Below are positions 1-11,461 of a stretch of DNA of 64,000 bases, in pieces. Source of the DNA: Methanobacteriota archaeon (GTDB lineage Archaea; Methanobacteriota; Methanobacteria; Methanobacteriales; Methanobacteriaceae). The translations under genes were made by a program, and so were the position numbers. The stretch lies in the NCBI GenBank assembly GCA_963787255.1, contig CAWBCJ010000018.1, forward strand, positions 133,025 to 197,024, written 5' to 3'. The notes under the pieces were generated by a model. The model saw nothing but the letters and a program-made list of their open reading frames with translations. It was not told the DNA's origin and searched no databases. The number at the start of each line of letters is the position of its first letter. Position 1 is the stretch's first letter.

Positions 1-627
1 CCGGTACATCTTTTCTGGTTGTCTATCTTTAATTACTTCTCCAAAGCTTTCCATGAATTCTTCACGGTCCAATATAATATATCCGTCTTTTAAAACCAGA
101 TCTTGGATGTTAATTTTTTTTGAACTTAAAAGATCAGCAAGTTGTGTCCATTTAATCCTATCTTGAACTATAAGATCGTTCATAACCTGCTGCATTAATT
201 CTTCTTTTAATTTTATGTTAAAATTAAGCTCTTTTAGCCGATTTTCGATTATATCTCCTTGTAATTCCACTACTGCGCGGCTCTCTCTGGAATTAGGCCC
301 AAATTTCACTCCAACAGCTTGACATATTATATAAAAAGCAATGACATCAAATTTTGTAATTTTATCATCGAAAAGAAAGGCATATTTTGTTTTAATATCT
401 TTAGAACTACTTTTTCTTTCGATATACCATTCTACTCTTTGGATAACCAGATCTACATAGCTTTGAGGTATAATGGCATTCACAGATTTTTCTTGGGCAT
501 TTATAAGGTTAACAACATCTATAATCTGCTCATTTTCATCAAATATCCTTTCTAAATCTCCTCCTTCTTCTCTGACTATCTGTTTTCCTTCATCAGATAA
601 AGGATTTATAAAGGACATTGGTATCAT
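1..627 (-). CDS. priL: DNA primase large (regulatory) subunit, 5' part; runs off the window
   Basis: Manual minus-strand translation from ATG 627: MIPMSFINPLSDEGKQIVREEGGDLERIFDEN...RVEWYIE...FDVIAFYIICQAVGVKFGPNSRESR, open to the window edge. Resembles Methanobacteriales PriL and is divergent from metG. Not in the ORF track because it is truncated. Confidence 0.7.
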   Translation of the reverse strand, partial: MIPMSFINPLSDEGKQIVREEGGDLERIFDENEQIIDVVNLINAQEKSVNAIIPQSYVDLVIQRVEWYIERKSSSKDIKTKYAFLFDDKITKFDVIAFYIICQAVGVKFGPNSRESRAVVELQGDIIENRLKELNFNIKLKEELMQQVMNDLIVQDRIKWTQLADLLSSKKINIQDLVLKDGYIILDREEFMESFGEVIKDRQPEKMYR

Positions 628-881
628 ATGATCTATCCTTTCTAATTCTCCTTATTATAAAATGTTACTGAAAGACTTAATTCATGTAGTATGAATTTAC
701 TAAAATGGGTACTGTGGTATAAGAAATTTTAATAGATAGAATTCAATTAAATAAAAATTCTTTTAAGTTCTCTGAATAAAAAAGATACCAAATTTAGTAT
801 TTTTTTAAATTTATATGAAAAAAAGAAAAATAATATATATTTAAATCTAGAAATTTTATAATAGCTTCTAAATTATTACGT

Positions 882-1068
882 GCTTTTAAAGGCTATTTAT
901 ATCTCATTATAACTTAAATCATTGAATTTCATTGTTATTTGGGACTTTGTAATTTAAATAATATAAAAAATAAAAGTCAAGTATATTAAATTGGATATAG
1001 TTTAGAAACTATCCCTCGGCTTTTAAAAGCTAATTAAAGCTTATTATAACTTAAATCATGGAATTTCA
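882..1068. repeat. Imperfect 50-bp direct repeat (882-931 and 1019-1068) in the priL-metG intergenic region
   Basis: gcttttaaaggctatttatatctcattataacttaaatcattgaatttca vs gcttttaaaagctaattaaagcttattataacttaaatcatggaatttca; 44/50 identical, 137-bp spacing. Confidence 0.85.
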
Positions 1069-1111
1069 AAGTGACTTTGATAATTCATCTTTTAGTAAGG
1101 AGGAATTGAAT

Positions 1112-3097
1112 TTGAATAAAGTGTTTATTACCAGCGCATTACCCTATGCTAACGGACCCTGCCATTTAGGGCATTTAAGATCAACTTACATACCTGCAGA
1201 TATTTATGCCCGATATAACAGAATGAACGACGTTGATGTGCTCTTTGTTTGTGCAACAGATGAGCATGGTACTCCAATCGCAGTTAGGGCGGAAGAAGCT
1301 GGGAAATCCCCTAAAGAAATTGCAGATAAATTTCATAAAATGATTAAACATGATTTAGATGCATGTAACATATCTTTTGATTACTTTTCAAGGACTACTG
1401 ACCCCATTCACTATGAAATAGGTCAGAGCTTCTTTTTAAAGCTCTATGAAAATGACTATATCTATGAAAAGACAATAAAACAACCTTATTGTAATGAATG
1501 TAAGAGATTTTTACCGGATAGATATATAGAAGGAATATGTCCTCATTGTAAAGGTGAAGGGGCAAGAGGAGATCATTGTGAATCATGCGGTAGACATTTA
1601 GATCCTATCCAGCTTGAAGAACCAGCATGTCTGATTTGCAGTTCCACTCCTGAAATTAGAGAATCTACACAGTACTTCTTTAAATTAAGCAATTTTGAAG
1701 AACCTTTAAAGGAATGGATAACTGGAAATAGTGAATTACCTCCAAATGTAAAAAACTATGCTCTTCAATGGATAAAAGAAGGTTTAAAAGATTGGATACT
1801 TACAAGAGATATGGAATGGGGAATACCAGTTCCACTGGAAGGAGCTGAAGGTAAAATAATCTACGTGTGGGGAGAAGCATTCCTTGGATATATATCTTCG
1901 GCAGCACAGTGGAGTAGAAAAGAAAATAAGCCATGGGAAGATTACTGGAACGATAAAGCTATTCATTTTATTGGTAAAGACATTATATACCACCATGCAA
2001 TATTCTGGCCAGCTTTGCTCATGGCATATGGATGTAAACTCCCAACAAATGTGGTTGCAGGCGAATACCTTTCACTTGAAGGTAAAAAGATGTCAACAAG
2101 TAAAAATTGGGTTATTTGGGCATCTGAATTCCTTGAAAAGTTCGAATCAGATATTTTAAGATATTATCTTGTTGTAAATGCGCCTCTTAACCGTGACACC
2201 GACTTTTCGTGGGATGATTTCCAGCGAAGGGTTAATGATGAACTTGCTGACGTTTTGGGGAACTTTTTACACAGAACTTTCTCATTTACAAATAGATTCT
2301 TTGAAGGAAAAATTCCAGAACCCAATGAACTGGATGAATACGATGAAGAATTTAAAGAAAGAATTAAAGTTATTCCTAATGTGGTTTCAGAGCTTATTGA
2401 AAATTTTAAATTCAGAGAAGGTCTTATTGAAATAATTAGACTTGCAAAATTTGCTAACAAGTATTTTAATGACAAAGAACCCTGGAAAGCAGTAAAAGAA
2501 AATCCACAACAGGCTGCAAACTGTTTGTATCTATGCAATCAGCTTGCTAAAACTCTTGCAGTGATTTTAAATCCATACATTCCGGTAAAAGCGCCACAAA
2601 TAGCCAAAACTATGAATTTAGAAGGTTTTGAAATATCTAAATGGAAAAATGCAGCTGAATTTATTCCTTCAGGCCATAAAATTGACAAACCTGAGCCTTT
2701 ATTTAATAAAATTGACGATGATGTAATAAATAAGGAAAAAGAAGAACTTTATAAAGATTTAAAGGACGAAGAAACCATGAAAAACATTATAAGTATTGAA
2801 GATTTTGCTAAGATAGATTTAAGAATAGGTGAAATAATTGGAGCTGAACGCGTTGAAGGCTCAGAAAACTTATTAAAATTAAAAGTTGATGCTAAAGAAA
2901 AGAAATTACAGGTTGTTGCTGGCCTTGCTAAAAAATATTCTCCAGAAGAGATAATAGGACAAAAGGTAGTAGTACTTGTTAATTTAAAGCCTGCTAAACT
3001 ATTTGGAATAAAATCTGAGGGTATGATTCTTGCAACATCAGATAACTTAAGCGTTTTAACAGCTAAAAGCGCTGAAATCGGCGAAAAAATTAAATAA
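1112..3097 (+). CDS. metG: Methionine--tRNA ligase with C-terminal tRNA-binding domain
   Basis: [14 protein letters not shown] (HIGH motif), Zn-knuckle CxxC motifs, KMSTS (KMSKS motif), C-terminal Trbp111-like domain. The ORF is open from 1058, but AGGAGG at about 1098-1103 favours a TTG start at 1112 (or 1106). Confidence 0.97.
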   Translation: MNKVFITSALPYANGPCHLGHLRSTYIPADIYARYNRMNDVDVLFVCATDEHGTPIAVRAEEAGKSPKEIADKFHKMIKHDLDACNISFDYFSRTTDPIHYEIGQSFFLKLYENDYIYEKTIKQPYCNECKRFLPDRYIEGICPHCKGEGARGDHCESCGRHLDPIQLEEPACLICSSTPEIRESTQYFFKLSNFEEPLKEWITGNSELPPNVKNYALQWIKEGLKDWILTRDMEWGIPVPLEGAEGKIIYVWGEAFLGYISSAAQWSRKENKPWEDYWNDKAIHFIGKDIIYHHAIFWPALLMAYGCKLPTNVVAGEYLSLEGKKMSTSKNWVIWASEFLEKFESDILRYYLVVNAPLNRDTDFSWDDFQRRVNDELADVLGNFLHRTFSFTNRFFEGKIPEPNELDEYDEEFKERIKVIPNVVSELIENFKFREGLIEIIRLAKFANKYFNDKEPWKAVKENPQQAANCLYLCNQLAKTLAVILNPYIPVKAPQIAKTMNLEGFEISKWKNAAEFIPSGHKIDKPEPLFNKIDDDVINKEKEELYKDLKDEETMKNIISIEDFAKIDLRIGEIIGAERVEGSENLLKLKVDAKEKKLQVVAGLAKKYSPEEIIGQKVVVLVNLKPAKLFGIKSEGMILATSDNLSVLTAKSAEIGEKIK

Positions 3098-3144
3098 ATT
3101 AATTGTTATATATTTTTTTAATTAAAAACATTAGGGAAACAAAA

Positions 3145-4713
3145 ATGAATGAATCAGTTTTAATTGCACGGGCTGAGAAGTTTCTTGACAAAATAAAGCG
3201 TCAAAGGGTCCAGGTAGATAAAATAGAAGACTTTGAAAGCTTTATTGTCATTTATCATTATCTTAAAGATAATATGAATGAATTATATGATTTTAGGGAT
3301 ACAATGGAAATGAAAGGATATAAAGCACCATATAGTTCTCTAATTCGTACTTCCCGTTCCATAACAACTGAATTAAAGGCTGATGAGGTTCATGATGTTT
3401 CTCGCCAGACCCAGTATTTCCGAATGAAGGCAGCTGCTAAGAAAAATATTCTTGATAGGGTTAAATCATCCATAGCATCCCATAAAATCGCAATAGGACA
3501 TTTGGAGGAATTTGCAACTATAAACTGTAAAACTTGCAAAAAACAGTTCAAAAGACATGAAATAGAGCTGGTTGAATCAAAAAAATGCACTTGCGGCGCC
3601 ACAGACTTGATGTTAGAGCAGAACCAAAACGGAGTATACAGGTTAGATATTGTCAGATACTTGCCTTTATCTGGTGAGTATATGCATAGAATGTCTGATT
3701 TGCCACCTCTTGGAAGGGAAGCTTTCAGAAACATTGTTAGAATTCTTAAACACAAAAAAAGAGGAATAGTAAAAACACTTTCTCTTGTTGTAAAAGTTTT
3801 TGAAGACGGTAGATGGATCAGAAAAAGAGTTAATATGGATGCAGAGGATGATAAGAATTACGAGCGGGAAATTCGGAAGGAATATGGTCCAAATGCACGG
3901 ATTGAATTTCTACAATTTCACCGTAAAAAACCTGCAATTATAAATGATAGGCATGTTCAAACAGCACTTTCAATTGCCTATGTGAAATCTGCTGCAGAAA
4001 CTGCAAATAAGATTATGGGAAGCGTTTTAGATATTGTCTTAAAAAACAAGGAAAAGGTTGAGTTATATGACAGTGCACTTAAAACTGCAAATGAATTTGC
4101 TGATTCTATAACTGGGGATATTGAAGACAAGGATATATTAAAAGAAGATAAGCTGATAGAATTATTAAGCGAAAATAATCTTTGTGATGGTGATAAACTT
4201 GATAAAGAGCTTCAAAAGGATATTGATGCTAGAAATGAAATCAAAAGAAAGCTATTTATTGAAATGCCAAGAATATTAATATTATGGGATATAGCCAAGT
4301 ATTATTTAACAACTTCATATGACAGGAGGAACAAATATTCTGGACCTTTCCCTAATCTACGTCCAAATCTCGATACAAACCAATTAAAAGTATTTAAAGA
4401 CTTTGATAAAGAAGTTGTCATTATCTTAAAGAAATATACCGAAGAAAGGATTGAATATGTTCCTAATGTTAAAGAAGTTGTGGCTAAAAAATTTGAAATT
4501 GAAAATAAGGTCAAAGGCCTTCATGTTAAGTCAAATCCACCCGCTTTAGGGGCAGCAATATTAAATACTACTGGTAATTTACCTATTGAGGAATCAGCTA
4601 ACTTATTTTCGGTTAATCCTTCAAAAGTTATAAAAGAAAAGGAAAAAATTGAAACTTTTGGAAAACCAACATCAAAAAAGGCAAAACAGTTCCTTGACAT
4701 TATAAAAAAATAA
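3145..4713 (+). CDS. DUF530-family conserved methanogen protein with Zn-ribbon
   Basis: About 520-aa ORF (MNESVLIARAEKFL...) with CxxC...CxC and a YSGPFP motif; directly downstream of metG as in other Methanobacteriales. Confidence 0.65.
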   Translation: MNESVLIARAEKFLDKIKRQRVQVDKIEDFESFIVIYHYLKDNMNELYDFRDTMEMKGYKAPYSSLIRTSRSITTELKADEVHDVSRQTQYFRMKAAAKKNILDRVKSSIASHKIAIGHLEEFATINCKTCKKQFKRHEIELVESKKCTCGATDLMLEQNQNGVYRLDIVRYLPLSGEYMHRMSDLPPLGREAFRNIVRILKHKKRGIVKTLSLVVKVFEDGRWIRKRVNMDAEDDKNYEREIRKEYGPNARIEFLQFHRKKPAIINDRHVQTALSIAYVKSAAETANKIMGSVLDIVLKNKEKVELYDSALKTANEFADSITGDIEDKDILKEDKLIELLSENNLCDGDKLDKELQKDIDARNEIKRKLFIEMPRILILWDIAKYYLTTSYDRRNKYSGPFPNLRPNLDTNQLKVFKDFDKEVVIILKKYTEERIEYVPNVKEVVAKKFEIENKVKGLHVKSNPPALGAAILNTTGNLPIEESANLFSVNPSKVIKEKEKIETFGKPTSKKAKQFLDIIKK

Positions 4714-4789
4714 TTCAACTTTCTAAAGTAATTCTTTTTTAATATTCTTTTTAGTAAATTTTAATTTGTTTGTAATAGAAATTAATGAT

Positions 4790-5260
4790 ATGGTGATATT
4801 TTTGGATCATGAGATCTATGTAACTAAGGCATTATCTTCACAGGCAATCATGGAACTTCTTGATAAGTATCCCAATATTAAGAAGATAAAATGTCCTAAC
4901 AGCCTTTATATTAGAACTTCAAAGAAGTATCTGGACGCTCTATCGGAACTTGGAATTGAAGTTGAACCAGTAATAAAAAGGGGCAGACCAAAAAAATACA
5001 GTGCTAGAGAAGCTGAATTAATCCATGACATGCTGTTAGAAGGGTCCTCCCCAAAAGAGATATCAGAAAAGATGAATATACCTCTAAAAACTGTTTATTA
5101 TCTAAAGGACACTAAATTAAAACGTGGCAGAAAACCTAAATATTCGAAAGAAACTGAAAATGAGGTTAAAAAATTACATGATGATGGGTTTTCATCAAAG
5201 GAAATATCAGAAAAGATGAATATTCCTTTAAGAACTGTTTATTGTCTCATTAAACGTTAA
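4790..5260 (+). CDS. DUF1699-like protein with two tandem KRGR-HTH units (putative DNA-binding)
   Basis: N-terminal CPNSLY..TSKKYLDAL..LGIEV, then two repeats of KRGR(P/K)xKYS...KEISEKMNIPLxTVY. Confidence 0.65.
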   Translation: MVIFLDHEIYVTKALSSQAIMELLDKYPNIKKIKCPNSLYIRTSKKYLDALSELGIEVEPVIKRGRPKKYSAREAELIHDMLLEGSSPKEISEKMNIPLKTVYYLKDTKLKRGRKPKYSKETENEVKKLHDDGFSSKEISEKMNIPLRTVYCLIKR

Positions 5261-5681
5261 TTTCTAAGTCAATTATATAAATTTTTATATCTACAGTAAA
5301 AACAATATTATTTCTTTTGTTTTTTTTCAAATTTTCTTAATTTTTTTAATTAAAATATTGTTTCATAAATAGCACTTTATCATAAACTATCTATCTGAAA
5401 AATGTTAGCAGGTAAATTTAGAGGAAATCACATGACTAGTTTCGTTATTATGGAGTTTATTAAGGGTATTTACAACTTTATTGGCTGTTATTTGGGTCTT
5501 TTTTAAGTTCTTTAGCTTTTGAAGCGGTATTTATTCTTGTGGATATTAATATGGGGGGATGCTTTGTACAATTGTGAAATGTGCACAATATATGTGGGTT
5601 TAGGTGTGAATTTTCTTTTTTTATCCATAAATTTAATATCTTTTGATTATATATATGATATTTGTATAATGTTATGGAGGT

Positions 5682-6238
5682 GTGTTTATTAAGGCATTAG
5701 ACGGCTTTAATTTACTTGTAACTGTTCAAGGTCATAAGGACTGCTCATACGGGTGAAGAATTAATTGGAATGGAGGAAATAGAGCTTGCTCTTTCAAGTT
5801 ATGAGCCGGTTCTTTATATAAAGGAATCTCAATATCCTAATGTGATTCTTGTTGAATTAACAATGGATCCAGAAGAAGCAGTGGCAATATTAAAAGATGC
5901 TCCAACAACAGTGATATCTAAAGTCATTCCTATTGATTTTGTAGTAAAAACGCAAATGGATGCTATTTTAGAGAAAACCTGGGCTCTTGCAAGGGAAAAA
6001 ATGAATCCTAATGATTTATTTGTAGTAAGGGGTAGACTTAAGAGGAAGAAGATACATAAAATCCAAAGAAGAATTAATTGAAAGGGTTTCTAATGAACTC
6101 ATTGATAAATTAGATCAATCTTTGGACCCTCAATCTTTAGATACGCAAAATCCTGATTGGATTGTCCAGATTGAAGTTGTTGGTGATGATACCGGAATTA
6201 GCATTTTGAAGCCTCATCAAATTTTGAAAAAGAAATAA
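5682..6238 (+). CDS. THUMP-domain RNA-binding protein (reconstructed across two indels)
   Basis: GGAGG RBS, then FNLLVT...; ORF 5770-6081 (ISKVIPID); continues in another frame as RGRRYIKSKEELIERV...NPDWIVQIEVVGDDTGISIL to TAA 6238. Confidence 0.7.
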
Positions 6239-6250
6239 TAGATTATTATT

Positions 6251-6742
6251 ATGTACGAAGTTTTACTTTTTAGAGGTGGGATGTACAAGTTCGACGAATT
6301 ATCAGAATTTGTAGAAGATGTAGGTGGACTGGTTTTAAACAGGGATCACTTTGAAATAATCCGTGGAGATTCATATCTATCAACAGAAATTCACGTGCTT
6401 TTAATGGTGCCTGAAGAGGAACTAGAACCTTTAAGATTGATAATCAGTGAAATAAAGGGAATGGCTGAAAATTTAGAGATTACAGATGAACAGAGAACAC
6501 AACTTTTATTATATCTTTCAGTTTACGACGCATTAAACAAAAATGACTCATGGTCTCTAAAAGAACATCTTATGGACTTAATAATTTGTCCATGTTATGC
6601 AATGCTCTGTACAAACAGCGGGAATAATGAATGTCTTTTAAACGATAAATTAGATGAAATATTAGAAGAAATGTGTTCTAATGGAATAATAGAATCCAAA
6701 ATAGAAGATGATAAAATTTTATACCGATTAAAAAAAGAGTGA
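6251..6742 (+). CDS. Conserved methanogen protein resembling the N-terminus of methanogenesis marker protein 7
   Basis: MYEVLLFRGGMYKFDELSEFVEDVGGLVL N-terminus; CPC..C...C cluster; winged-helix-like C-terminus. Confidence 0.5.
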   Translation: MYEVLLFRGGMYKFDELSEFVEDVGGLVLNRDHFEIIRGDSYLSTEIHVLLMVPEEELEPLRLIISEIKGMAENLEITDEQRTQLLLYLSVYDALNKNDSWSLKEHLMDLIICPCYAMLCTNSGNNECLLNDKLDEILEEMCSNGIIESKIEDDKILYRLKKE

Positions 6743-6804
6743 ATATATAATTTATAATTCGTTAATACTAATTTTAATTTAAAAATGTTTTTTAAGTGAA
6801 TACT

Positions 6805-7050
6805 ATGAACGCTGGCACGCTAATAATTGCAGGAATTATCGTTATATTCATTGGAATGATCCTTATTTTTGTAGGTACAGCATTACAATCAACATCAAAA
6901 ACATCTGAAGTGCATACCGGCGGTGTAATACTGATAGGGCCGATTCCAATTATATTTGGTAATGATAAAGGTCTGATTATAACTGGAATAGTTTTTGCTA
7001 TCGTAATAATGGTATTATATTACTTTCTGTTTTACAGAGGCGGCCATTAG
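6805..7050 (+). CDS. DUF131 / TIGR00304-type small membrane protein
   Basis: Two hydrophobic segments around the signature GGVILIGPIPIIFG. Confidence 0.85.
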   Translation: MNAGTLIIAGIIVIFIGMILIFVGTALQSTSKTSEVHTGGVILIGPIPIIFGNDKGLIITGIVFAIVIMVLYYFLFYRGGH

Positions 7051-7197
7051 ATAAATAAAAGGAAAAGATTTAAAAATTTTATCCTATTATGTTTTTATCT
7101 TTTTAGCCAACTCTTTTTTAGATAAAATTCTGGTAAAATCAGAGAATATTGGGGCATTGGAAATCGTATTAAATAAAAAAAATGAGACGTTATGTAA

Positions 7198-8169
7198 TCA
7201 TTTATTTATCTTTTCATGCCATTTCCATGCAGTTTCAACAATTTGGGAAATATCGTGATATTTAGGCTTCCATTTTAATATTTCCATAGCCTTTTTGGAA
7301 CTTCCAATTAAAGTTGGTGGATCTCCAGGTCTTCTTTCTACTTCAACTTCTTTAATTTGCTTTCCTGTAATTTTCCGTGCTGTTTCTATTACTTCCTTTA
7401 CAGAAAAACCACTACCATTACCTAAATTGAAAACATCACTGTTTCCACCCCTTTTTAGGTATTCAAGAGCTAGAATATGGGCATCAGCTAGATCAGTAAC
7501 ATGGATGTAATCCCTGATGCATGTTCCGTCAGGAGTATCATAATCCGTTCCAAAAATCTTTATATCTTCTCTTTTGGCGGAAGCAGCATCTAAAACCAGG
7601 GGAATTAGGTGAGTTTCAGGGTCGTGCATTTCCCCTATTTCACAGTCAGGATCTGCACCTGCAGCATTGAAATACCTTAAAGAAGCGTATTTTAAACCGT
7701 AGGCATCGCTGTAATCTTTTAATATCTGTTCAACAATTAATTTGCCCCTTCCATATGGATTTATTGGATTTTGAGGGTGAGTTTCTGTTATTGGAATTTC
7801 AACAGGGTTTCCGTAGGTTGCACAAGTTGAAGAAAATACGAAATGCTTTACATTTTCTTCAAGCATTACCTGGAGAAGATTTAAGGTATTCTTAACATTG
7901 TTAATGTAATATTTTTGAGGATCTTCAACAGACTCCCCTACATATGTGAAAGCAGCGAAATGCATCACTGCTTCGATCTTGTATTTCTTAAAAACTCTTC
8001 TTATGTCTTCAATGTTTCCAAGATCGCCCCGCTCAAAAATTCCCCATTTAACAAAATCTTTGTGTCCATAACTCAAATTATCAAAAACAACAGTTTCATA
8101 TCCTTTTTTACTGATTTCTTTGTTTAAATGAGAACCTATATAGCCTGCTCCACCTACGATAAGTATCAT
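7198..8169 (-). CDS. galE: UDP-glucose 4-epimerase
   Basis: GGAGYIGSH, HFAA, YxxxK (YGRGK), LRYFNAAGA, DGTCIRDYIHV motifs. Confidence 0.95.
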   Translation of the reverse strand: MILIVGGAGYIGSHLNKEISKKGYETVVFDNLSYGHKDFVKWGIFERGDLGNIEDIRRVFKKYKIEAVMHFAAFTYVGESVEDPQKYYINNVKNTLNLLQVMLEENVKHFVFSSTCATYGNPVEIPITETHPQNPINPYGRGKLIVEQILKDYSDAYGLKYASLRYFNAAGADPDCEIGEMHDPETHLIPLVLDAASAKREDIKIFGTDYDTPDGTCIRDYIHVTDLADAHILALEYLKRGGNSDVFNLGNGSGFSVKEVIETARKITGKQIKEVEVERRPGDPPTLIGSSKKAMEILKWKPKYHDISQIVETAWKWHEKINK

Positions 8170-8690
8170 GATTTAACTCCTTTCATTATAATTCTATAAA
8201 TTCAAATAATAATCATTTTTTTTGGCTTTCTATAATAGTTGATTTATATATTCTTTTGATAAAAATATATTTAACTTAACAGAGTATAACCTGCCTAACT
8301 CAATTATTATCTAAAAAAAAGTAATAGATTGAGTTTATAAGTCATCATATAAATTTAATAATGTTTATTTTTTTGAAGTTTATCGAATTAAAGAATATTT
8401 AATAAAATAGTATTGTTAATTCTATGTTTATTAATTCTAAGACTTTATATGGATAAATTAAATTAATTAAAGATAATATTTTTTCTAAATGATGTTTAAT
8501 ATAAGTTAATTTATTATAAATGGAAATTAAGAAATTTCATAATTAATTTAGAGCATAAATACATTTTCCTAAAGCTTAAACTATAAAAATGAGATACATA
8601 AGCTTCTTTTTTTTAAAATTAAAAGATAATATTTATATATAACATTGATATGACTAAAATATGTCCAAAATCTATTGAGCATAGTTATTT

Positions 8691-10619
8691 ATGCTGCAGG
8701 ATCAGGAGGGAATATTTATTAATCGATATTTACTGCTTATTGTATTTTTAATAGCTTTTAATGTCTTTTTAAATGTAAACAGTGCCCATGCAGAAGATAT
8801 ATGCTATGATACAAATCAATCGGATAACTGTTCAAATGTTGTTTCTGATTCTAAACCTACTAATAATGATTCGGGGTCATTTAATAATTTAACTTATAAC
8901 GATACAAATGATTTAAATTTGAATTCAATAGATACCGAAATGAGTGCTGCTGGCTCAGAAGAGATTTATAATTTTAATTTAAATCAGATTAAGGATGCTG
9001 CTTCTACACTTAGAATTTACATTGATACTAATCATAAATTACCCAATTATGTGCTAATTGGATCAAGTCAAATAAGCACACCTCAATTTTTAGAATTGTT
9101 AACAACTGCTTTACTTCAAATTAACAATGGAAATAGTAATTTAATACCCTTAAGAGAATTCAACACGCCTACAAGTCCAAGAGAAGATATACATGCGGGT
9201 AATATTCCCCGAGCAGAATTTTTAAAGATTGCGAACGACATTAAAAACTACATGGACAGTACAGGTAAAACACCAGACTTCGCATATGGTACCAGTCTGG
9301 GTACTTATCTCAGATTTGAGAACCTCGTTTATATGTACACTATGATTCTAGATTACTATAATTCGAGTGGTAAGATGGCTGACTGGGCAGGGATGGAGCC
9401 TTGGAGTGTTATAGTTTCTAAGCCTGTTTTGGATCCAAATGCACCAAAATTCACAGTAAATCAGATTAAGGACGCTGCTTCAACAGTAAGATCTATCTAT
9501 TGAAATCGATTGCAGACTACCAGATTATGTGTTAATTGGATCAAGTCATGTGACTATGTCCCAGTTCTTGGAATTACTAACCACAGCATTATTACAGATT
9601 AACAATGGAAACAATAATACAATGCCATTAAGAAACTTCACAGCACCTACTAGCCCAAAAGACAATATTCGCCCCGGCAACATTTATAAAGCAGAATACT
9701 TGAAAATTGCAAAGACATCAAAAACTACATGGATAGTAGTGGTAAAACACCAGAGTTTGCATACCAGACTAGCTTGGGAACATGTTTAGGATTTGAGAAC
9801 CTGGTTTATATGTACACTATGATTCTGGATTATCATAATTCGAGTGGTAAGATGGCTGATTGGGCAGGAATGAAACCATGGTGTGTTGTTAAGAGTCCGG
9901 TTCTTGCATATTTAACTGTTGATCAAGTTAAGGATGCTGCAAGTACTTTAAGGCAATATATTGAATCATACAATAAACTTCCCACTAATTTGAATATTGG
10001 AAATTGGGATGTGAATATGTCACAATTTCTTGAAATTTTAGTTACTGCCACCATACAAATCAACAATGGAAACAACAATCCTATACCATTAAGGGCTTTT
10101 AATGCACCTACAAGTCCAAGGGAGGATATTCATGCAGGTAATATTTATAAAGCAGAATACTTGAAAATTGCAGGAGATATTAAAAACTACATGGACAATA
10201 CAGGTAAAGCACCAGACTTCGCATACGGGACAAGCATTGGGACTTTTTTAAGGTTTGAGAATCTGGTTTACATGTACAGTATGATTATGGATTATTACAA
10301 TACCAGTGGAAATGTAGCAGTCTATGCCGCAATGAGACCCTGGTCGAAATACGATTATTATATTGAATTTGAGAAAGTATTTGCTGAAGGAAAATGCTCT
10401 TGTAGTTTATATACTGATTATAATGTCCATACTGGAACATATGTTAATTATTGTCCCTACTGCCAAAAATACGGCACTTTAACCTATACTAACCAGCAAG
10501 GATGTCCAGAGGGAATGTTTTATTGTGACATGTGTAAAGGAGGCTGTGATGCAGACTTCTGTATTGTACACGGTAAAGCACATACAAACACTAATGCAAA
10601 ATTCTTAACGCCTGCATAA
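8691..10619 (+). CDS. Secreted pseudomurein-binding-repeat protein with C-terminal Cys/His-rich domain (one gene split by indels near 9495 and 9715)
   Basis: Signal-peptide-like N-terminus. Three tandem modules (QIKDAAST.R..I...KLP.YV / YLKIA.DIKNYMD.TGK.P.FAY / FENLVYMY) are spread over ORFs 8691-9503, 9529-9789 and 9729-10619. Confidence 0.8.
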
Positions 10620-10684
10620 AAAAAAGTTTTTATTTTTTAAATATATTTTTAACTATTATTAATAAATGATATAATATAATCAAC

Positions 10685-10780
10685 ATGAATTGGAGAAAAA
10701 TTGACTGGAAAGAGATTGCTGTTGGTTTAATTGTGGGTATTGTATTAACCATACTACTTAAAATGAAGTTTAATCCCTGA
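10685..10780 (+). CDS. Putative 31-aa single-pass membrane peptide
   Basis: ATG 10685 to TGA 10780: MNWRKIDWKEIAVGLIVGIVLTILLKMKFNP. Clean hydrophobic helix flanked by basic residues; below the ORF-track cutoff. Confidence 0.55.
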   Translation: MNWRKIDWKEIAVGLIVGIVLTILLKMKFNP

Positions 10781-10833
10781 TTTTATAAATAAACAATTTT
10801 TTAATCCAATTATTAATAATTTGAGGATAATAA

Positions 10834-11322
10834 ATGAAATATAAAATACTTTTAATTGGAATTATTATTTTAGTAATTGCTTTTTCAGGCTGTATTGGAA
10901 CCGAAGAATTAAATAAGTCATCAAAAGTAAGCATTAATGATTCAAATGGTTCTAATTCTTCAACCCTAGAAAATGTCAACAAAACCAATTTTAAATATGA
11001 AGCAAGTGGTTATTGCCCCCATGTTGTTGATGGTGATACCATTGATGTAGAAGGAGTGGGAAGAATACGATTTGTAGGTGTTAACACTCCTGAAAGGGGT
11101 GAAAGAGGTTATCAGGAAGCTAAAGATTTTGTAACAGTTTCATGCCTTGGAAAAACAGTTGGTTTAGATATAGACAATGCTAAACACTATGATAAATATG
11201 GCAGAGTTCTTGCGGTAGTTTATGTTGATGGTGTTAATTTAAATGCAGAACTTTTAAAAAGGGGATATGCAGAGGTTCTTTATATCCCTCCTTCTGAATT
11301 TAATCCTTATTCATGGAAATAG
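10834..11322 (+). CDS. Thermonuclease (SNase) family lipoprotein
   Basis: Lipobox-like AFSGC; VVDGDTI, IRFVGVNTPE, DKYGRVLA motifs. Confidence 0.92.
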   Translation: MKYKILLIGIIILVIAFSGCIGTEELNKSSKVSINDSNGSNSSTLENVNKTNFKYEASGYCPHVVDGDTIDVEGVGRIRFVGVNTPERGERGYQEAKDFVTVSCLGKTVGLDIDNAKHYDKYGRVLAVVYVDGVNLNAELLKRGYAEVLYIPPSEFNPYSWK

Positions 11323-11461
11323 AATTTAATTATTACTTTTTTTATAGCTCCTATTTGGATATTTTTTATTGATTAGGATTTATTATATATAATCATTTTA
11401 AGATTGCTTGAGTATTTAAATGCTCCATTTAATCAATCATGATAAAAAAATTAAATAAAAT

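Noticed and set aside
319-555. 78-aa plus-strand ORF, and the many short ORFs antisense to or inside long genes (e.g. 2164-2538, 22714-23055, 39455-39850, 63428-63754)
   Set aside because: Shadow ORFs overlapping well-supported genes, with no recognisable motifs.
8980-10340. Long DNA direct repeats as a mobile element or array
   Set aside because: They are the coding repeats of the pseudomurein-binding protein.
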